Origin: Blastocystis sp. Blastoise
Lineage: Eukaryota; Protista; Bigyra: Opalinata
Assembly (NCBI GenBank): GCA_039096225.1
Contig: JBBPEB010000028.1
Coordinates: forward strand, 558,001 to 622,000
Direction: 5' to 3'
DNA: 64,000 nucleotides
Shown: positions 47,611-62,431 of the stretch, piece after piece
Position numbering within the stretch: the stretch's first letter is position 1
How the letters are laid out: each line of letters opens with the position of its first letter
Position numbers and translations under genes: made by a program
The notes under the pieces: model-generated
Database searches by the model: none
What the model saw: only the letters and a program-made list of their open reading frames with translations
Told to the model about the DNA's origin: nothing

Positions 47611-48175
47611 TTATTTTTATTATATTTATTTATTTATTTATTTATTATTATTATTATTATTAATTTATTTATTTATTTATTATTATTATTAATCTATTAA
47701 CAATTATGTTTAGCATTACTTGAATATTATTCGTTTACTTATATGGTTTGGATTAGCTCTTTCTGCTCTTACGGAAATCTATAATTATTTCTCTATGGAG
47801 GGTCCTGGAAAGAGATTAGGTACATACGCTTGGACAGCCATTCTATTAGCATTCACGGAAGTCATGGTTGTCATTAAAGACGGAAAAGGTATTATTTATG
47901 GTCCTAATATTGCTCCTATGCCTGGATTTGTGTTCTGGAACTGGGTACTTTTCATTGCTCTTCATGTTATTTGGCTTGTTATTTATTTAATTTACGGTAG
48001 TGGTACAAAGACTGTTGTGAATACTGATAGTCCTGTTCCTACTGATCCTGCCAATAACAAGAAAATCATGATTTTTGGAAGAGAATTTGATCAAAAGTTA
48101 TTCTTCTGTATATTACCTACTCCTCTTCTTTCTATATTAGCCTGGAATCTATTAGGATTTAGTAATAAACTCTAA
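45864..48175 (+). CDS. PTDSS: Phosphatidylserine synthase (base-exchange, PTDSS1/2 family)
   Basis: PNSPLIRPHPCVWK, DYASDCRVYTP, DEFFLSHLLGW, ECWWDKVFADVLGCN, QFTPMSW, EMDAFFLK. Confidence 0.93.
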
Positions 48176-48623
48176 TTCTTATTATTTATTAAAATTATTC
48201 ATTTTTTTATTAATTTTTGCTTAATAATCATAGCTTTCTTTATATTCACATTTTTAAATATCTCTATATTAACATATCTAGCATTAACTATCATTCTGTA
48301 GCTTCATAATTGTTTTGTTTTCATCTTTACTCACACATTCTTGTTGTCATACCATTCTTTTTTTATTTTTCCACCCTTAATCTCTTTCAATCAAAATGTA
48401 ACCATATTTTTCTACATAGAAAAAACAATTAAAATAGCCATTTTCAACTTCATCACCTAATTTGCATATTATACAAAGTATATTAATTCAAGATTCACTT
48501 ATATAAATTATGTGAATAACAAATCTATCACCTATTTATTAAAATATCAAATAACCACCGAGAAACCACTCAAAAATGAAATGAAAACGAACATTTTTTT
48601 TAATTATTAAAAAGTATTCAATT

Positions 48624-49976
48624 ATGTCTGTTCGTAAAATTATTCTTGAAGAATTATCTGATGTCTTAAATGGAGATGTGTCTGATGATATTATAAATTA
48701 TATATTATCGATGACATCAAATGACGACATGATGTCTTACTTTGAGGGTTTACTTGGTGACAAGTCTGAAGCTCAACGAATCACTGATCGTATTAACAAA
48801 GCTCGTGGAATTATTGTGTCACCAGTAAAAACACCTGACAAAGTCACTCCTCGCGTTCGTCGAAATCAATTAAGAAAAAATGATTCTAGTGATATGAGTA
48901 CTGCTCCTGTATTAAAGCAGGCACAAAATAAAGAAAATTTAACCAAGAATAAGAGAATTATGCGTAAAGAAGCAAAAACACTTTCTATAAATGAAGATTC
49001 CAAGAAAGAGACTGAAAAACAACCAGTTGAAGAAAAAGAAGAAGGTATATAATATGTATAGAATACGTTATTTGTTTCTTATTTCTTTAAATGACTATTT
49101 CTTATGTTTATTCATATAGATCAATATATATGCGGTTGCCAAGCAACAAAGCATGAATTATTATATAATTGTGTTTACTGTGGTTATATATTATGTGAAT
49201 TAGAAAAGAATCCAGACGAAACCAAACAAAAATGTCCTTACTGCAAACGACTTATTAATAACAACTATATCCTTGTATATAATATAAATGATTATTATTC
49301 TATATATATTTATAGGATACTGATGAATATAAAAAAGCAGAACAAAACAAAGTAAATATATGTATATGTATACTTATAGAATTAGGATAAATTATTAAAT
49401 TATGATCAAAATCAAGTAGCTAGAAGCAAAGTGTATATATATTTTTTCTTTATATATATATACATATATATAGTTATGATGATCAAAATGATTATTTTTC
49501 AAAAGATGTTTGTATATATATATATTATATTTTATATATATAATAATTGTAGACAGTGATACTTGGGCCACAGAAGAAGATCGTACACGTGCTGCAACAC
49601 GTGACGAAGAACGTCGTAAACATCAACAAACATTTGGTGCTAATAAAGATGTATATATATCTATGTTTATTCTATTATTAAAATCTATAATATATATTAT
49701 TGATACTATTTTCAAATGATATATGTTATCTATATAGGCTTATTTGAATTTAGCGTCGTTGATCAATGAACGTAATGCGAATAGTTGTGGTGATGAGAAC
49801 TCCTATATAAATGACTCTATTGATGGTATTCCCAAACAAATCTATGATGTATAGTCTATATTATTATTATTATTCTTTATTATAATTCTATATTTCTTAT
49901 ATTTATAATTCAATTATTATTATAGAAAATCAAACAATTAGAAAAAGAAGAACAAAAAAAGAAATTATCCTCATAA
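48624..49976 (+). CDS. TRIP4: TRIP4/ASC-1/Rqt4-like C2HC5 zinc-finger protein
   Basis: CGCQATKHELLYNCVYCGYILC..CPYC and DKLLNYDQN..SKVYDDQNDYF; PWI-like N-terminus. Confidence 0.85.
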
Positions 49977-50142
49977 AATTATTGTTAGTTATCAATTGTT
50001 GAAATGTGTTTTTTTTTTTTTTATTTTTTATTAAAAATTTTGTATATTAAAACTAAACAATATTTATAAATCAACTATTTTAAAAAAATTTAGAAAACAT
50101 TTAAAAAAATAATAATAAAAATATAAATTTCCCAAATAATCC

Positions 50143-51247
50143 TCATTCCTTATGTTCTGTATTCAACATATTTATTTCTTTTTCTCTTTTTTTCATTTCA
50201 TTTTCTCTTTTTATTTCATTTTCTTTTTCTCTTTTCATCCCTACATTTTCATCTTCTCTTTCTCTTTTCATTTCATCTTTTCTTTCTCTTTTCATTTCAT
50301 CTTCTCTTTCTCTTTTCATCTCTTCATATTCTTCTTGTTTTAATATAGAAATTAATTTATTAAAATGAGATAGCATGGTTCCATTTGGAATAGCATCTAC
50401 AGCCAAAGGATGAATAACCGCGGGTTTCTCATTTGTTTTCTGTTTATTTCGTTGTATAATCTCTCTTACAGACTGTTCTGTACCTAATACATCAACCCAG
50501 CAATTCAATTTACGCATACATTTCTCTATAGATTGTTCTAATTCTTCATTAGTGGCTGTTAATACTTTTGAATATAAAAAGAATCCATAATCAAAACCTA
50601 GAATAAATACAATATTATTGTTTATATATATATAATGATAAGCTATTAATTAAATAAAAAATAACATAACTTTAACTATTCTATCTTATTATTTAATATA
50701 TAAATATACCATAATGAGCATGATAACATAAAGTTTTTTGACAAGCATATTGAACTTTTCGACGACATTTATTACGTTCTACAGCTTCTTTACTGCATTT
50801 CTTCTTTGTCACAAAGAATGCAGCACGAATATAACGAGCTGTTAAATCAACTAGATAGTATAATAATCAATTGTCTAAAATTCTATTCAACATGTTTTCA
50901 AATCACATGAAAACAGATATTTATGATTATATCTAGATATATATACCTGGTCTATAGGGAATATCATATTGTGGAGGACAATGCAAATGAATAATCTTTC
51001 GTGAATCCCATTTTACGTTGACATGAGTAGTTCTTAATTTTCGAGGAACATCCCACTCTGGAGGTCGATCATAGTAGGGTCTATCAAGAATATACAATCC
51101 AAAATACTGGCATTGTGCACACATTTTACTGTTGAATATATCAATAAATCGAGATCGATAATTAACACCCTTCATATGATAATGTGTAGGTGTTATACTA
51201 TGACCAAAGGGATAAGAAGAAAATGTTCTAATAAAACGAGTTATCAT
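50143..51247 (-). CDS. rnpA: Bacterial-type RNase P protein (RnpA-like) with putative mitochondrial targeting peptide
   Basis: Exons 51247-50947, 50850-50710, 50597-50143. RAAFFVTKKKCSKEAVERNKCRRKV resembles the RNR motif; GFDYGFF..TNEELEQSI resembles the RnpA C-terminal strand and helix; N-terminus MITRFIRTFSS. Confidence 0.72.
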
Positions 51248-52076
51248 GGATCATTCTGATATGACAAAAAGAAAAAAAATGTTTATTCGTTTGGTTTCAG
51301 AAGGATTCAATGAGGTTCAGTCTTTCTTTAGTTTCTCTATGTAAAATAAGTTATATGCTAAATAAAAAGTCATTTTATGATTATATTATTCATGACACCA
51401 TATAAATATCTTCGATAAAGTGATCTACTATTGATTTGGAGACCTGATGGAGTTTATTCATGTGTAGGGATATAACAAATTCTATTATTTTGAACTTGTA
51501 ACTTATTTTTTAATATACTCGCTATCATATGACTATCTAAAAATGATTTATTATTAAAAAAACGATTTCTAATAGGGGAAATATCTTTTGATCTAATATG
51601 AAAAATGCATCAGTATATATTGATTTAGTTAAATAAATGGTGTTCATAAAATAAAAGTCCATATTACTTATAAAAACGACAAATATGAAAAAATGAAAAA
51701 TTTTGATAAAGTTTTATTCTTTGAGTCTTTTATAATGTAATATGTAATATTCAATTAGAAATTGTTTCTGTGATTCTTAAGATCTTTATTTTCTATGTAT
51801 GAATGTGGATTCAAGTTATACACAATATACATTCAAATGAAACCCACAATGTCTCCACGAATGAATTCGGAAAGCTTACAGAAATAGATAACATATCCTT
51901 ATCGATCTAAACAAATCTATTTTACAACAATCTATACCATAATCTTCCATATATGATTTTACATCGTGCTTAAATCTGCTCTATAATTATTCTTAACGTT
52001 CCAAAAAGTAGTCTTTTAATTTGAAAACGTATTTCCCTCCTTTTAAAACTTCCTGTGATTTCCCTCTTTTACCATA

Positions 52077-52984
52077 ATGTCTATTTCTTTGATATTAGAC
52101 GTTATTTTGAATAATAATATGTCAGATAAGAACGTGGATATCCTGAATAAAATGATTGAAACATTTGATTCATTGACAAAGCAAGTTAATCAATCGAACA
52201 AAATTTCAACTCGTATTTAATAGCAAAAAAAAGTATAATAATAATTTATATATGATTTAGAAAAATCATCAAATGTCGGTGATGATGTAAATTCATTCAA
52301 AACAAAATTTAACGAAACATTAAAAAGTAATTTCATCTTTTTTGGTTATCTTTTATTCTTTACTAGAGTTAAAAACAGACCAAATGAACACAGATAATTC
52401 TGTAAGTCACTTATTAATAGTAGTTTTATTATATGATAGGATAAACAGTTGATATCGATAAATCATTTATCTAAACTTCCTCCAATTTCTTCCGTTCCTC
52501 TCTCTATGTTTTCGAAGAATTCTCGAGTAAATAAACATTTTGTTGATGTAAATACTGGCTCAACAGAGGTATATATATATATTTAAAGATATTTAATAAT
52601 CATTTATAATAGATTTCAGAATCAGAGAAAAATACACTGGTATTACCATTACCAAAAGAATCAATAATACCTTCCTTACACTCATCATCTGTTTCCAATA
52701 AATCGAATGACTCTTCATCTGTTGTTACTATTCCTATGGATCTAGTTAAAGATAAAGAAAATATACTTTCATCTTCTAAAGAATGTATAGTAACTGAAAT
52801 AGTGAATAACGTTATTGTTAATGATGATAATAATAGAAAAGACACACAAGTATCTTCTTCTGTTTGTCCAAGTATTTCAAATCCAAATATGAGTACATCT
52901 CAATTACTTATTAATAATATATCAAATAATAATAATAATATATCAAATTTAAATAATAATAATATATCAAATAATAATATATCA

Positions 52985-53018
<34 letters not shown>

Positions 53019-56000
53019 TATCAAATAATAATAATAATAATAATAATATTGATTCTACTATTATTCTTATGCCTACTGAATCCTCTAATGAAATAAAATC
53101 CACTATAGTAGTTCCTCCTTTACAATCTGCTCCTGAATCATCTACGTATATATATACAGAAGAATCTAAAGAGGATATGAAACCACATATATCAATATCT
53201 TCTAAAGAGGATGATAATTCTATTATGGATCAGTCTACAACAGCCAATACATGTTCCTTGTCTAGTCAAAATCATGATATAGAGAATATAAAAGTACCTA
53301 TTCTTATAGATACTACAGAGAATAAAACAGAATGCATAGATACACCTAAAGAAATGAATTGTAAGAATTCAGAACATGAAATGAATGTATTAACATCATG
53401 TAATGAAAAGAATACAGACCTAGATGATTCTAATAGAATCAAAGAAAACGATAGTATTATAATGAAGAAAGAAAATATAGAAGTTCAATTAGAAGCAACA
53501 AATGCAAGTGATATACTTGATATAGAGATCAGCAAAAAGGTTAACGAAGTCTCATTAAATGAAGAATTACTTGATAAACATAATGATATATTTCCTACGT
53601 CTTCTACTATGATTATTAAGACCACTAGTGATAATATAGATATAGAGAGTCAAATTGATTCAAATAATATGTCTATAGAATCTCTACCTAAGATATCTCT
53701 TGATAATAATGTCAATAATAATACTATAGAGAATACTATATGTACATATGAGTGTAAAACAGATATAAAAGATACAAATAATAATATAGATCATAATAAT
53801 AATACAAATAGTACTAAGATTTTAAATCACTCAAATGAGAATATTCATGATACTTATAATCATATACATAATAATCATATAGATATTTCTAATAATATTC
53901 CTCTATCTAATACTCCTTCTACTAATAATTCTGGTATTATAAATAATACAAATATAACTAGTATATCTTCTTCTTCTTCTTCTTCTCTACACCCAATCTC
54001 TTCTTTCTTTGAGTCAATTCAAAAGCCTCTGAGTGATCATAATTCTTCTTCTGTTTCTATATATGACTCCAATAATTTTTCTTCTGTTTCTATATATGAC
54101 TCCAATAATTCTTCTTCTGTTTCTATATATGACTCCAATAATTCTTCTTTAATAACAAATTCAAGTGACTCTTCGCCTTTTATAAATGATACAAATAATT
54201 CTTCTTCTATATCTCTATATACCAAAGAGAAAAAGACTACTTCTCCTCCTTCTATGAATAAGATGGAGAATATAATCGATAATAATGACATCAACCAAAC
54301 AATGGATGGTATTCTCTTGTTAATATCAAAGAATAATGATATGTATTACTCTGAATGTATTCATAAATCAATATCGAAAGCAATAAGTGCATCAAATGAT
54401 ATGAGTAATAGTAATTCTTCTATGAATAATAATAAAGATAATATCATACAATCAAATAAGAAAATAGAATGTATACCTATTCCTAATGATATGAATACTA
54501 TAACAGCTACTAATAATATACATATAAACAATATTCCTTCAGTGATAGATCAAGTTCAGCAACAATTATTATCAAATAATGATACTGCCACAGATATGAA
54601 AACACCTATATATACTGAGTTATCTAATGATTCTTATAAACAGGAAGAGAGAAAGGGTATTGATAATGATAAGAATAAAGATTCGTCAAAAGATGAGATT
54701 AATATAATACAGAATAACAATGAAGAATCATCTGTATATATTAATAGTGAAGATTCAAGAGAAGACAAAAGTATATCTCCTGATCAACGACGATCATTAA
54801 ATAATAGTATAAATCAAGAAGAAAAAGAGATAGAAAGAGATAGAATCGAGAATAATCAAGCTCATTGTGAATATGTTCCAAAAGATAAAGACATAAAAGA
54901 AATGCTTACAGAGAATAATAAATACAAAGAAAATAATGTGAATGAAGAATGTATTGTTGAAAATATAGATATGGATAATAAGAAGGAAATTAGAGTGATA
55001 GAAGATGATTGTAATATAAAGGAATCTTTTTCAGTATCTAATAATAGTATTGATAATAATAATAATGATAATAATAATAATATTGATAATGATAATATTG
55101 ATATTATTGATGATACTTCTACTACTACTAATAATAATAATAATATTAATATTGATAATGATAATATTGATATTATTGATAATACTTCTACTACTACTAC
55201 TAACAATAATAATAATAATATTGATAATAATAATAATGTCCAAAACATTGAAATGAATATCAACAATAATGAGAATCAAATAATAAATAATACTATTACT
55301 AATAATATTTCTGATTTCAATTCATCTTCTATTTCTCCTCCAAATAATTCAAAGGATTCTACTGCTTCTATTTCATCTATATACGTGATTCCTTCTTCTC
55401 AGGAAGACTTACAAGGTGAATATATAGATAATGATTCAAAGATAGATCAAGAAAATCAATCAAATAATATTATTCATGATACTATAATAGATACAAGCAG
55501 AGAGAATGGAAATACTACTTTAAATAAGAATAATATCGATGAAACTAATGAAACCACTGAAAAAGATCAAGTCATCAATAAAACTATACATATATCTATC
55601 GATCAATCTCATTCAGTATCCAATGATATTCCTAATTCCCATCCTTCATCCAATCATATTACTGACGTATCACATGATATAGTATCTCCTATAAATGAGA
55701 CTTTAAATACTATTCCAATAGTAGTTACTCCTTCTAAACTTTCTTCTCCATCTTCTCCTAAAAATACTTCTTCTTCTCCTGTTTGTTCTTCTTCTTCTAA
55801 AATTGCTTCTTCTTCTCCTGTTTTTACTCCTTCTATTTCATCATTACAATCAACTAATACACTTATATCATCATCTTTGATTCCTTCTCCATCTTTATCA
55901 ATAGATATAAATAATAATAAACTAGTTAATAAAAATGAGCAAGCAAATATTAGCACGTTAGCAGCTAAAGAACAAGATAATATACATCTTTCTCTTCATG

Positions 56001-56856
56001 ATAATAATCAAACTCAAATAGTATCTCCATCTATTCTAGACATACCTATAAATAGCAATAGTATATCAACTTCAATATCTTCTACAAAAACAGTCACTTT
56101 TTCAAATCCGATATCCTTAAAGAATACTATTCCTGTATCAGCCAATCAAATAGAGATCTCACCTTCTCCTGTTCCACCTCCTCTAAATTATTTTGTAAAA
56201 GAAGTTTCAACGAAGCTAAAACATGTGCCTGTATTAACTGAAAATAAACTGAAAATCGATTCAGATCAGAAATTGAATGATATTCTAGAGAAACGATCTA
56301 TATATACATATGAAGGAAATAAGAAGAAGAAAGAAGAAGAAATGGCGAAAAAGATACAAAAGGAGATTTATGAGGTTATAGAAACAAGTAATCCTCATCA
56401 GGAATATATGAGTAACCGCGGGGATGACGAAGATGAATATATGCATAGTGATTGTTCTCCTTCAACTCATGAAATTATGCCTATAAATAAACAGTATACG
56501 AAGAATAATAAAGAGAACATGAATAATACACAGTATAAACAGCCAAGACAATACTCGGTGAAACGTCAATATTCCCACGGGGATGATGAATATTTCTCAA
56601 AGCGAAAAGATGAACATTGGTGGAGAATTGAAAATTCTGTTCCGAAGAGAGACATATGTATATATTTAAGTATTCACTCTATTAATAAATATATGTATAT
56701 ATATAGTACCAACAACTTGTTCAATAACTCAATTGGAATCAAAGTCTGTTTCTATAAGTGGGAATACTGTTCCTCTAGTATCCAATAAGAATGAAACATT
56801 GTACGGAAATATCAATAAATTAGTTTTTAAGTATATTCCCAATCGTGGTGCAGCTG

Positions 56857-56954
<98 letters not shown>

Positions 56955-57478
56955 ATAAGATTCGATTACTAATATCTTATGCGAATCGATATACTGATAA
57001 AATGATTCATCAAGAAACACTCTCTGTTAATGGTATATATATATTAGTTAAACTATATATATATATAGAGTTTCGAATGCTATTAAAACGAAATAGTATT
57101 GTTCAAGGTATATATATGCATAGAATTATTATATCAATAAAAATTTATATATATATATAGATCCTGTTCCTCTCTTAGTATATTCATTATATAAATAAAT
57201 AATATATATAATAGCAAATATTATTCTATATATAAATAATATGTTAAATGATGTTCTATATAAATAATATGAACAATAAGCAAATATTATTCTATATGTA
57301 AATAATATATGTAAATGATATTCTATATATAGGAGATATATACTAATGATGGGTCAATGATAATATTACTTCATGATGATCCGATATTCCACTTTATAAG
57401 TAATTATATCGGTTTATATATATATAAAACAATAAAACAATTTACTGAATTAGAAAACCTTAATGCCACTTGTAACTT

Positions 57479-57513
<35 letters not shown>

Positions 57514-57970
57514 ATTATATAATTATATATGTATATGTATAGATTCAACATGAAATATGGTGGTTAAAAAGATGTCAAGAATCTACTGTATATATATATA
57601 TAAGTTTATATATTTTATTATTATATATAGAATTCAGATTTAGCTCGTTCCAAAGTATATATAAGAATATATATATAAATATATATGTATATAGCTAGAG
57701 AAGAAATTTATTGATAATATATTGTTTAAAGTTCTAGAGGGATTATCAATTCAATTGGAGGATCATGATTTTTTTATTGATAATCAGTTGACAAATATGG
57801 ATATACATATCTTTTCAATATTGGATCAAATTGTGGATATTTCAAGTTTTATTCTCTCCTGTTTTACGAACTTAGAAAGTATATATATATATAATAAACT
57901 TTTTATTTATATAGAGTTTTGGACACGTTTTTCGCATATGAAATTCATTACAGAATGCGAGCGATATTAA
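52077..57970 (+). CDS. Large Asn/Ser-rich low-complexity protein with C-terminal glutathione S-transferase-like fold
   Basis: Short 5' exons, a ~4-kb exon, then KLVFKYIPNRGAADKIRLLISYA (GST-N-like) and LEDHDFFIDNQLTNMDIHIFSILD..FTNLEKFWTRF (GST-C-like). Confidence 0.75.
56861..56951. repeat. (TA)n intronic microsatellite
   Basis: About 45 TA units filling almost a whole intron; similar tracts near 22597, 37398, 46560 and 63717. Confidence 0.95.
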
Positions 57971-58115
57971 ACATATAATAATAATCAAAAATATACTTTT
58001 TTTAGCTTTGATTTTATATTGCTTTTTATTAAAAATTATAATATAAAAAAGTTGGAGTTCATTATTTAAAAATAAATAAACAAAATAATCAGTATATATA
58101 AAAGACAAATAATAA

Positions 58116-59144
58116 TTATAGTTGTTTAAGTGCATCTGTATTTACAGCTACTATCCATAAGAATGGACTTGGTGTTTGTATTTCTACTATCTCTTCTATG
58201 ACTTCATTAGAAGTACTTATTAAACCACCATAATGCATATTAAAATCAGTCAAATCCCATTTCAATCCTTTTGTAGTTAAATGTTGAATAGGTTCAGCTA
58301 TAATTAAATGAAGAATCATAATTATACGGAATAATGATATTAAGGTAATATTAATATAATAACAATAAATAATAATTAATAGAATAAAAACTATAAATAA
58401 TAAAAATTATAATAATAATAATAACATAATAACAATAAATAATAAAAATTTTAATAATAAAAACTATAATAACAACATACAAAAAGGAACAATTCCACAA
58501 AAATGTCCTTCAATATTCTTATTAATATGTATTTTATAATTCCCGCCTAAAAGTACCTCCAAATAAGTTTGTTCTCCTTGTAAAATAATACTATTAAATA
58601 ATGACTGATGTGAATAAACAGAATTAATAACATTAAATGCATGATCCATTCGACCACCTAAATCACCCAACACAACAGCAGATATCTATAGATAAACACT
58701 CTAATAAATCATAAGACTATTTTGAATAAAACCAAAAAAATAAAAAATAATATATTGAAAAATAATCATATAGTTAATTATAAATACATTTGAAGAATTT
58801 GTTCCTTCATGAGAATAAATATATTCAAAACACTTATCAGTATCTGTGTTATCTTGATTAGGATCATGAAAAACATCAACTCCTATATTTTTATAATATT
58901 CTAACACATCAGGACGAGCTGAATCAAAATCACCAACGACAGCATCAGGAATATAAGTCTCTCTCATAGATGAATCAAAGAGTCTATTGGATCCTCCATC
59001 AGCTAGAATATGTTTCTTACAAATAGACCAGAAAAATTTGAATAGAGTGCTATTGAATGATGTGTTTAGAACAATCAAATAATATTCTTCGTCATCAGAG
59101 ATTTCTGGATGATAGAATTTATGGATAATATCCGTGAATTCCAT
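58116..59144 (-). CDS. TPK1: Thiamine pyrophosphokinase
   Basis: ADGGSNRL, PDAVVGDFDS, QDNTD, LGGRMDH, TTKGLKWDL, STSN; two introns. Confidence 0.95.
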
Positions 59145-59423
59145 TCTTGAAAACAACAAATATATTATATATTCAAAGAAAAAATAGAAATGATATTCAG
59201 TAACGAAATCATTTCTATTTTTGATTTCTTTTTGCTTTTGATTTTGTTCGAAAAATCTTCTTTTATTTTCGTGAATATAAGTAGGAGAAACGTTCAAATT
59301 ATAGAATAACATGAATTTTCATTTTGCTTGGAAATATTTCTTAACAAGATTTCCTAAAAGTAAAACAAGTTATTTATATACATTATCGGGGTTTATAAGG
59401 TATAATAACAAAATTTATTCATA

Positions 59424-60217
59424 ATGGTTCAAAGTTGGAATTCATCAGGGATATCTGCGTTCTTCAAGGTTTTTACGACATTAAAAAGTAAGCAGAATTT
59501 GTTGCCTCATATGTCTTACAAAACAATTGTTGAAATTCCATTTGAAAAGCTGAAAGAAAATGGGATTGAATTAGTCGTATTTGATAAAGATAATACATTA
59601 ACTGCTCCATATAAAAATGAGTATTTTACGGATGAAGTCAAAAAAACAGTGGAGAAATGTCAATCATTATTTGGCTATTCAAATGTTATTATGCTTTCTA
59701 ACTCTTTAGGTATGTTTATAGAATTTAACAATTGCTATTCTATATGAATAGGAGCTGAAGGGGAGATTAAAGTAGATAAAAAAGTAGATTCAAATCTGAA
59801 TATATATATATTTATTCACAAACATAAAAAACCAGAAGGATTCAAAGAACTCAGTGAAATCTATAATATTCCTTACAGAAATATGATAGTTGTTGGAGAT
59901 CGTTATTTAACAGATATATATGGAGGAAATGAATATGGTATATATATATATATATATATATTCTTTTGTTTTTATAATTTTATTGTTATATATATATATA
60001 TATATAATAGGAATGATGACATGTCACGTGGACCCATTTACAGAAGAAGGAGATAATACTATGGCCAAACATGTATATATATATATATTCATTAAAATAA
60101 TTGATATATATATATATATATTTATAGGCAAGACGATTAGAGAATCAATTAGTTGAGAAATATAAAAAGCAGAATATTCAAGCTCCTTCTCATCCTCTTT
60201 TTTCAAAATTAGATTAA
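59424..60217 (+). CDS. GEP4: HAD-family phosphatidylglycerophosphatase (Gep4/YqeG-like)
   Basis: VVFDKDNTLTAPY, SNSLG, HKKP, VVGDRYLTDI; three introns. Confidence 0.88.
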
Positions 60218-60453
60218 CATATAAAACTAAAGTTTCAACACTTATATATAGCATTCTTGTAATATATATTATTTGATGTATATATGCAAATTCAATATTA
60301 TTATTAAAATATTATTTTTTTTAATATTGTTGTTTTTTTAATTAAAGAGAAATACTACTCTTTTAATAGAAATACATAACAAGAATTATAAAATTTATGA
60401 AGAAAATAAACTATAGAAATAAAAAGCCTTTATTAAATATATATATAAATTAA

Positions 60454-61173
60454 TTAATTTTTATTTTTCGTACACCATAATTTGCATGCAGCGACACAAT
60501 TGATAGCTAATAATATAGTTACAATAATAAATCCAATTGCAGATCCAAAACAATAGGTTTCACAAAAAGAAAAGAGCATTTGTCGGCAATCTTGACCAAC
60601 ACGCTCTTCAATACAACTAGAGCCAGTTTTACCAATTTTACCATAACCACAACATTTTAATTGGTTTTGAATATCGACCCATTCATTCTTGTATTCTTCT
60701 ATATATACAGATGCTTGCTTATCTATAGTTTCTATAAACTCATATGTATCATCATCCTATAGATAATTTATATTTTTATAAATATATATATATATGAAAA
60801 CATAAATACATATAACAATACAAATCAATATAGGAAATAAATAGAATATCTAAATATATACACTTGACATCATATAATAAATGATAATTAATCCGACAGT
60901 AACGGCAACACAGCAAACAAGAAGAATAGTGACAACAATAGAATATACCCAGAGCCAACACCCTTCAAAAGAAGCACAAATTCCTAATAATGCGAAGATA
61001 CCTGTAACCACAGATAAAATGATTATTGTCATCAAATAAGGAGTTAAAGAATCAGCAAATGGTAAACTATTGCCGGCATACATATATATAGATATTCCAA
61101 GAACGACAATAGAAAGAACAAGAAGAATAACGTTGACAATCTGAAGACATTTCTTTGCAGTTTTATCTCCCAT
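60454..61173 (-). CDS. Tetraspanin family protein
   Basis: Three TM segments in exon 1; exon 2 has WVDIQNQLKCCG, further cysteines and a fourth TM segment. Confidence 0.9.
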
Positions 61174-61918
61174 GTTGTTTTTATTTTTGTTATAAATGTA
61201 GAATTATATATGATATTTATATACTTATTATTGAGTTAAAATAGAAAGAAATAAAATATGAAAAGGGAAAACGAAGAATGACGTATTTTTTTATTTGCAG
61301 TTGATAATTCAATGACAAACGAAGAATTTTTGATAAATCATTATTATGATATATAGTATATGAATAAAATGAATCAATGTTCACAATGAATAATAGACAC
61401 AAATAAGCAACGATTTTCAAGAGAAATGGAAATGATTCACTTGATATGTTACTAATTTCAATATTTTCATATTTCACACGGCATTTCATATTTGTTCTAT
61501 AACAACTTTTAATGTTTCATCATAGAATTATTTTTATTCATACTGGAATGGTGTTCAAAAAGATATTTCACAGATTAAAAAACATTCGTCTAGTGAATAC
61601 TATATATAATTAAACTTAAATACTAATTTTAGTAAACAGGAACACATCACAAATAAGCATTTTTGTTAACAACGGAAGATAATAAAAATTATATCTATTC
61701 TCTTTGATCGACTATAGTTACAACTACTAAGATTTTATAAAAACAATGCTAATATATACAATCATCAAACAAATGACATTTTCCATTGGTTCTTAACACA
61801 TAAATATGGGACTGTTGATCTTAGTACTTTCTATTCACATGAATATAAACAAGAACACAGCTTGAAACCACATTATAAATGATACAAAAAAAAAGAAAAA
61901 TAAAAAGCTAAAAAGAAT

Positions 61919-62000
61919 CGACAACTGCAGGATTCGAACATGCGCGGGCAAAGCCCAGTAGATTTCAAGTCTACCTCCTTAACCACTCGGACAAATTGTC
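61919..62000 (-). tRNA. tRNA-Ser(TGA)
   Basis: GACAATTTGTCCGAGTGGTTAAGGAG-GTAGA-CTTGAAA-TCTAC, long variable arm, GCATGTTCGAATCCTGC-AGTTGTC-G; 82 nt, discriminator G. Confidence 0.93.
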
Positions 62001-62431
62001 TATGTGAAAAAGTCTCCTAGTTATTCATATGACTGATCTTATATAAAATATTTTTTATATACACAATTATTAATAAAAACAGTCTCTATACGAAGTAAAC
62101 GATCCATTGAGATTCGTGCATTCAATACTTCACAACTTTATTGCTAATGTGTAAAAGTAAATATGTCTAATTCAAGTATTTTTATAGATATATTGTGTTC
62201 GTAGAATATTATAGTCTATAAAAAATATTTATTTATGAAATAAAACATAGAACTCAATGAGAAAATAATATATGAAACTATTTTTTCACAGAGAAAACTT
62301 GTGAAGGAGTCACAATATGAAAGTTTTGATTGGTGGTTAAAAAGTAAAATAGATTTTTTATTTCATTTTGAGATTGCGTTTTTGATTCTTGATTTATTGA
62401 CAATCCTTTTTTTTATATATAAGTTGAAAGA

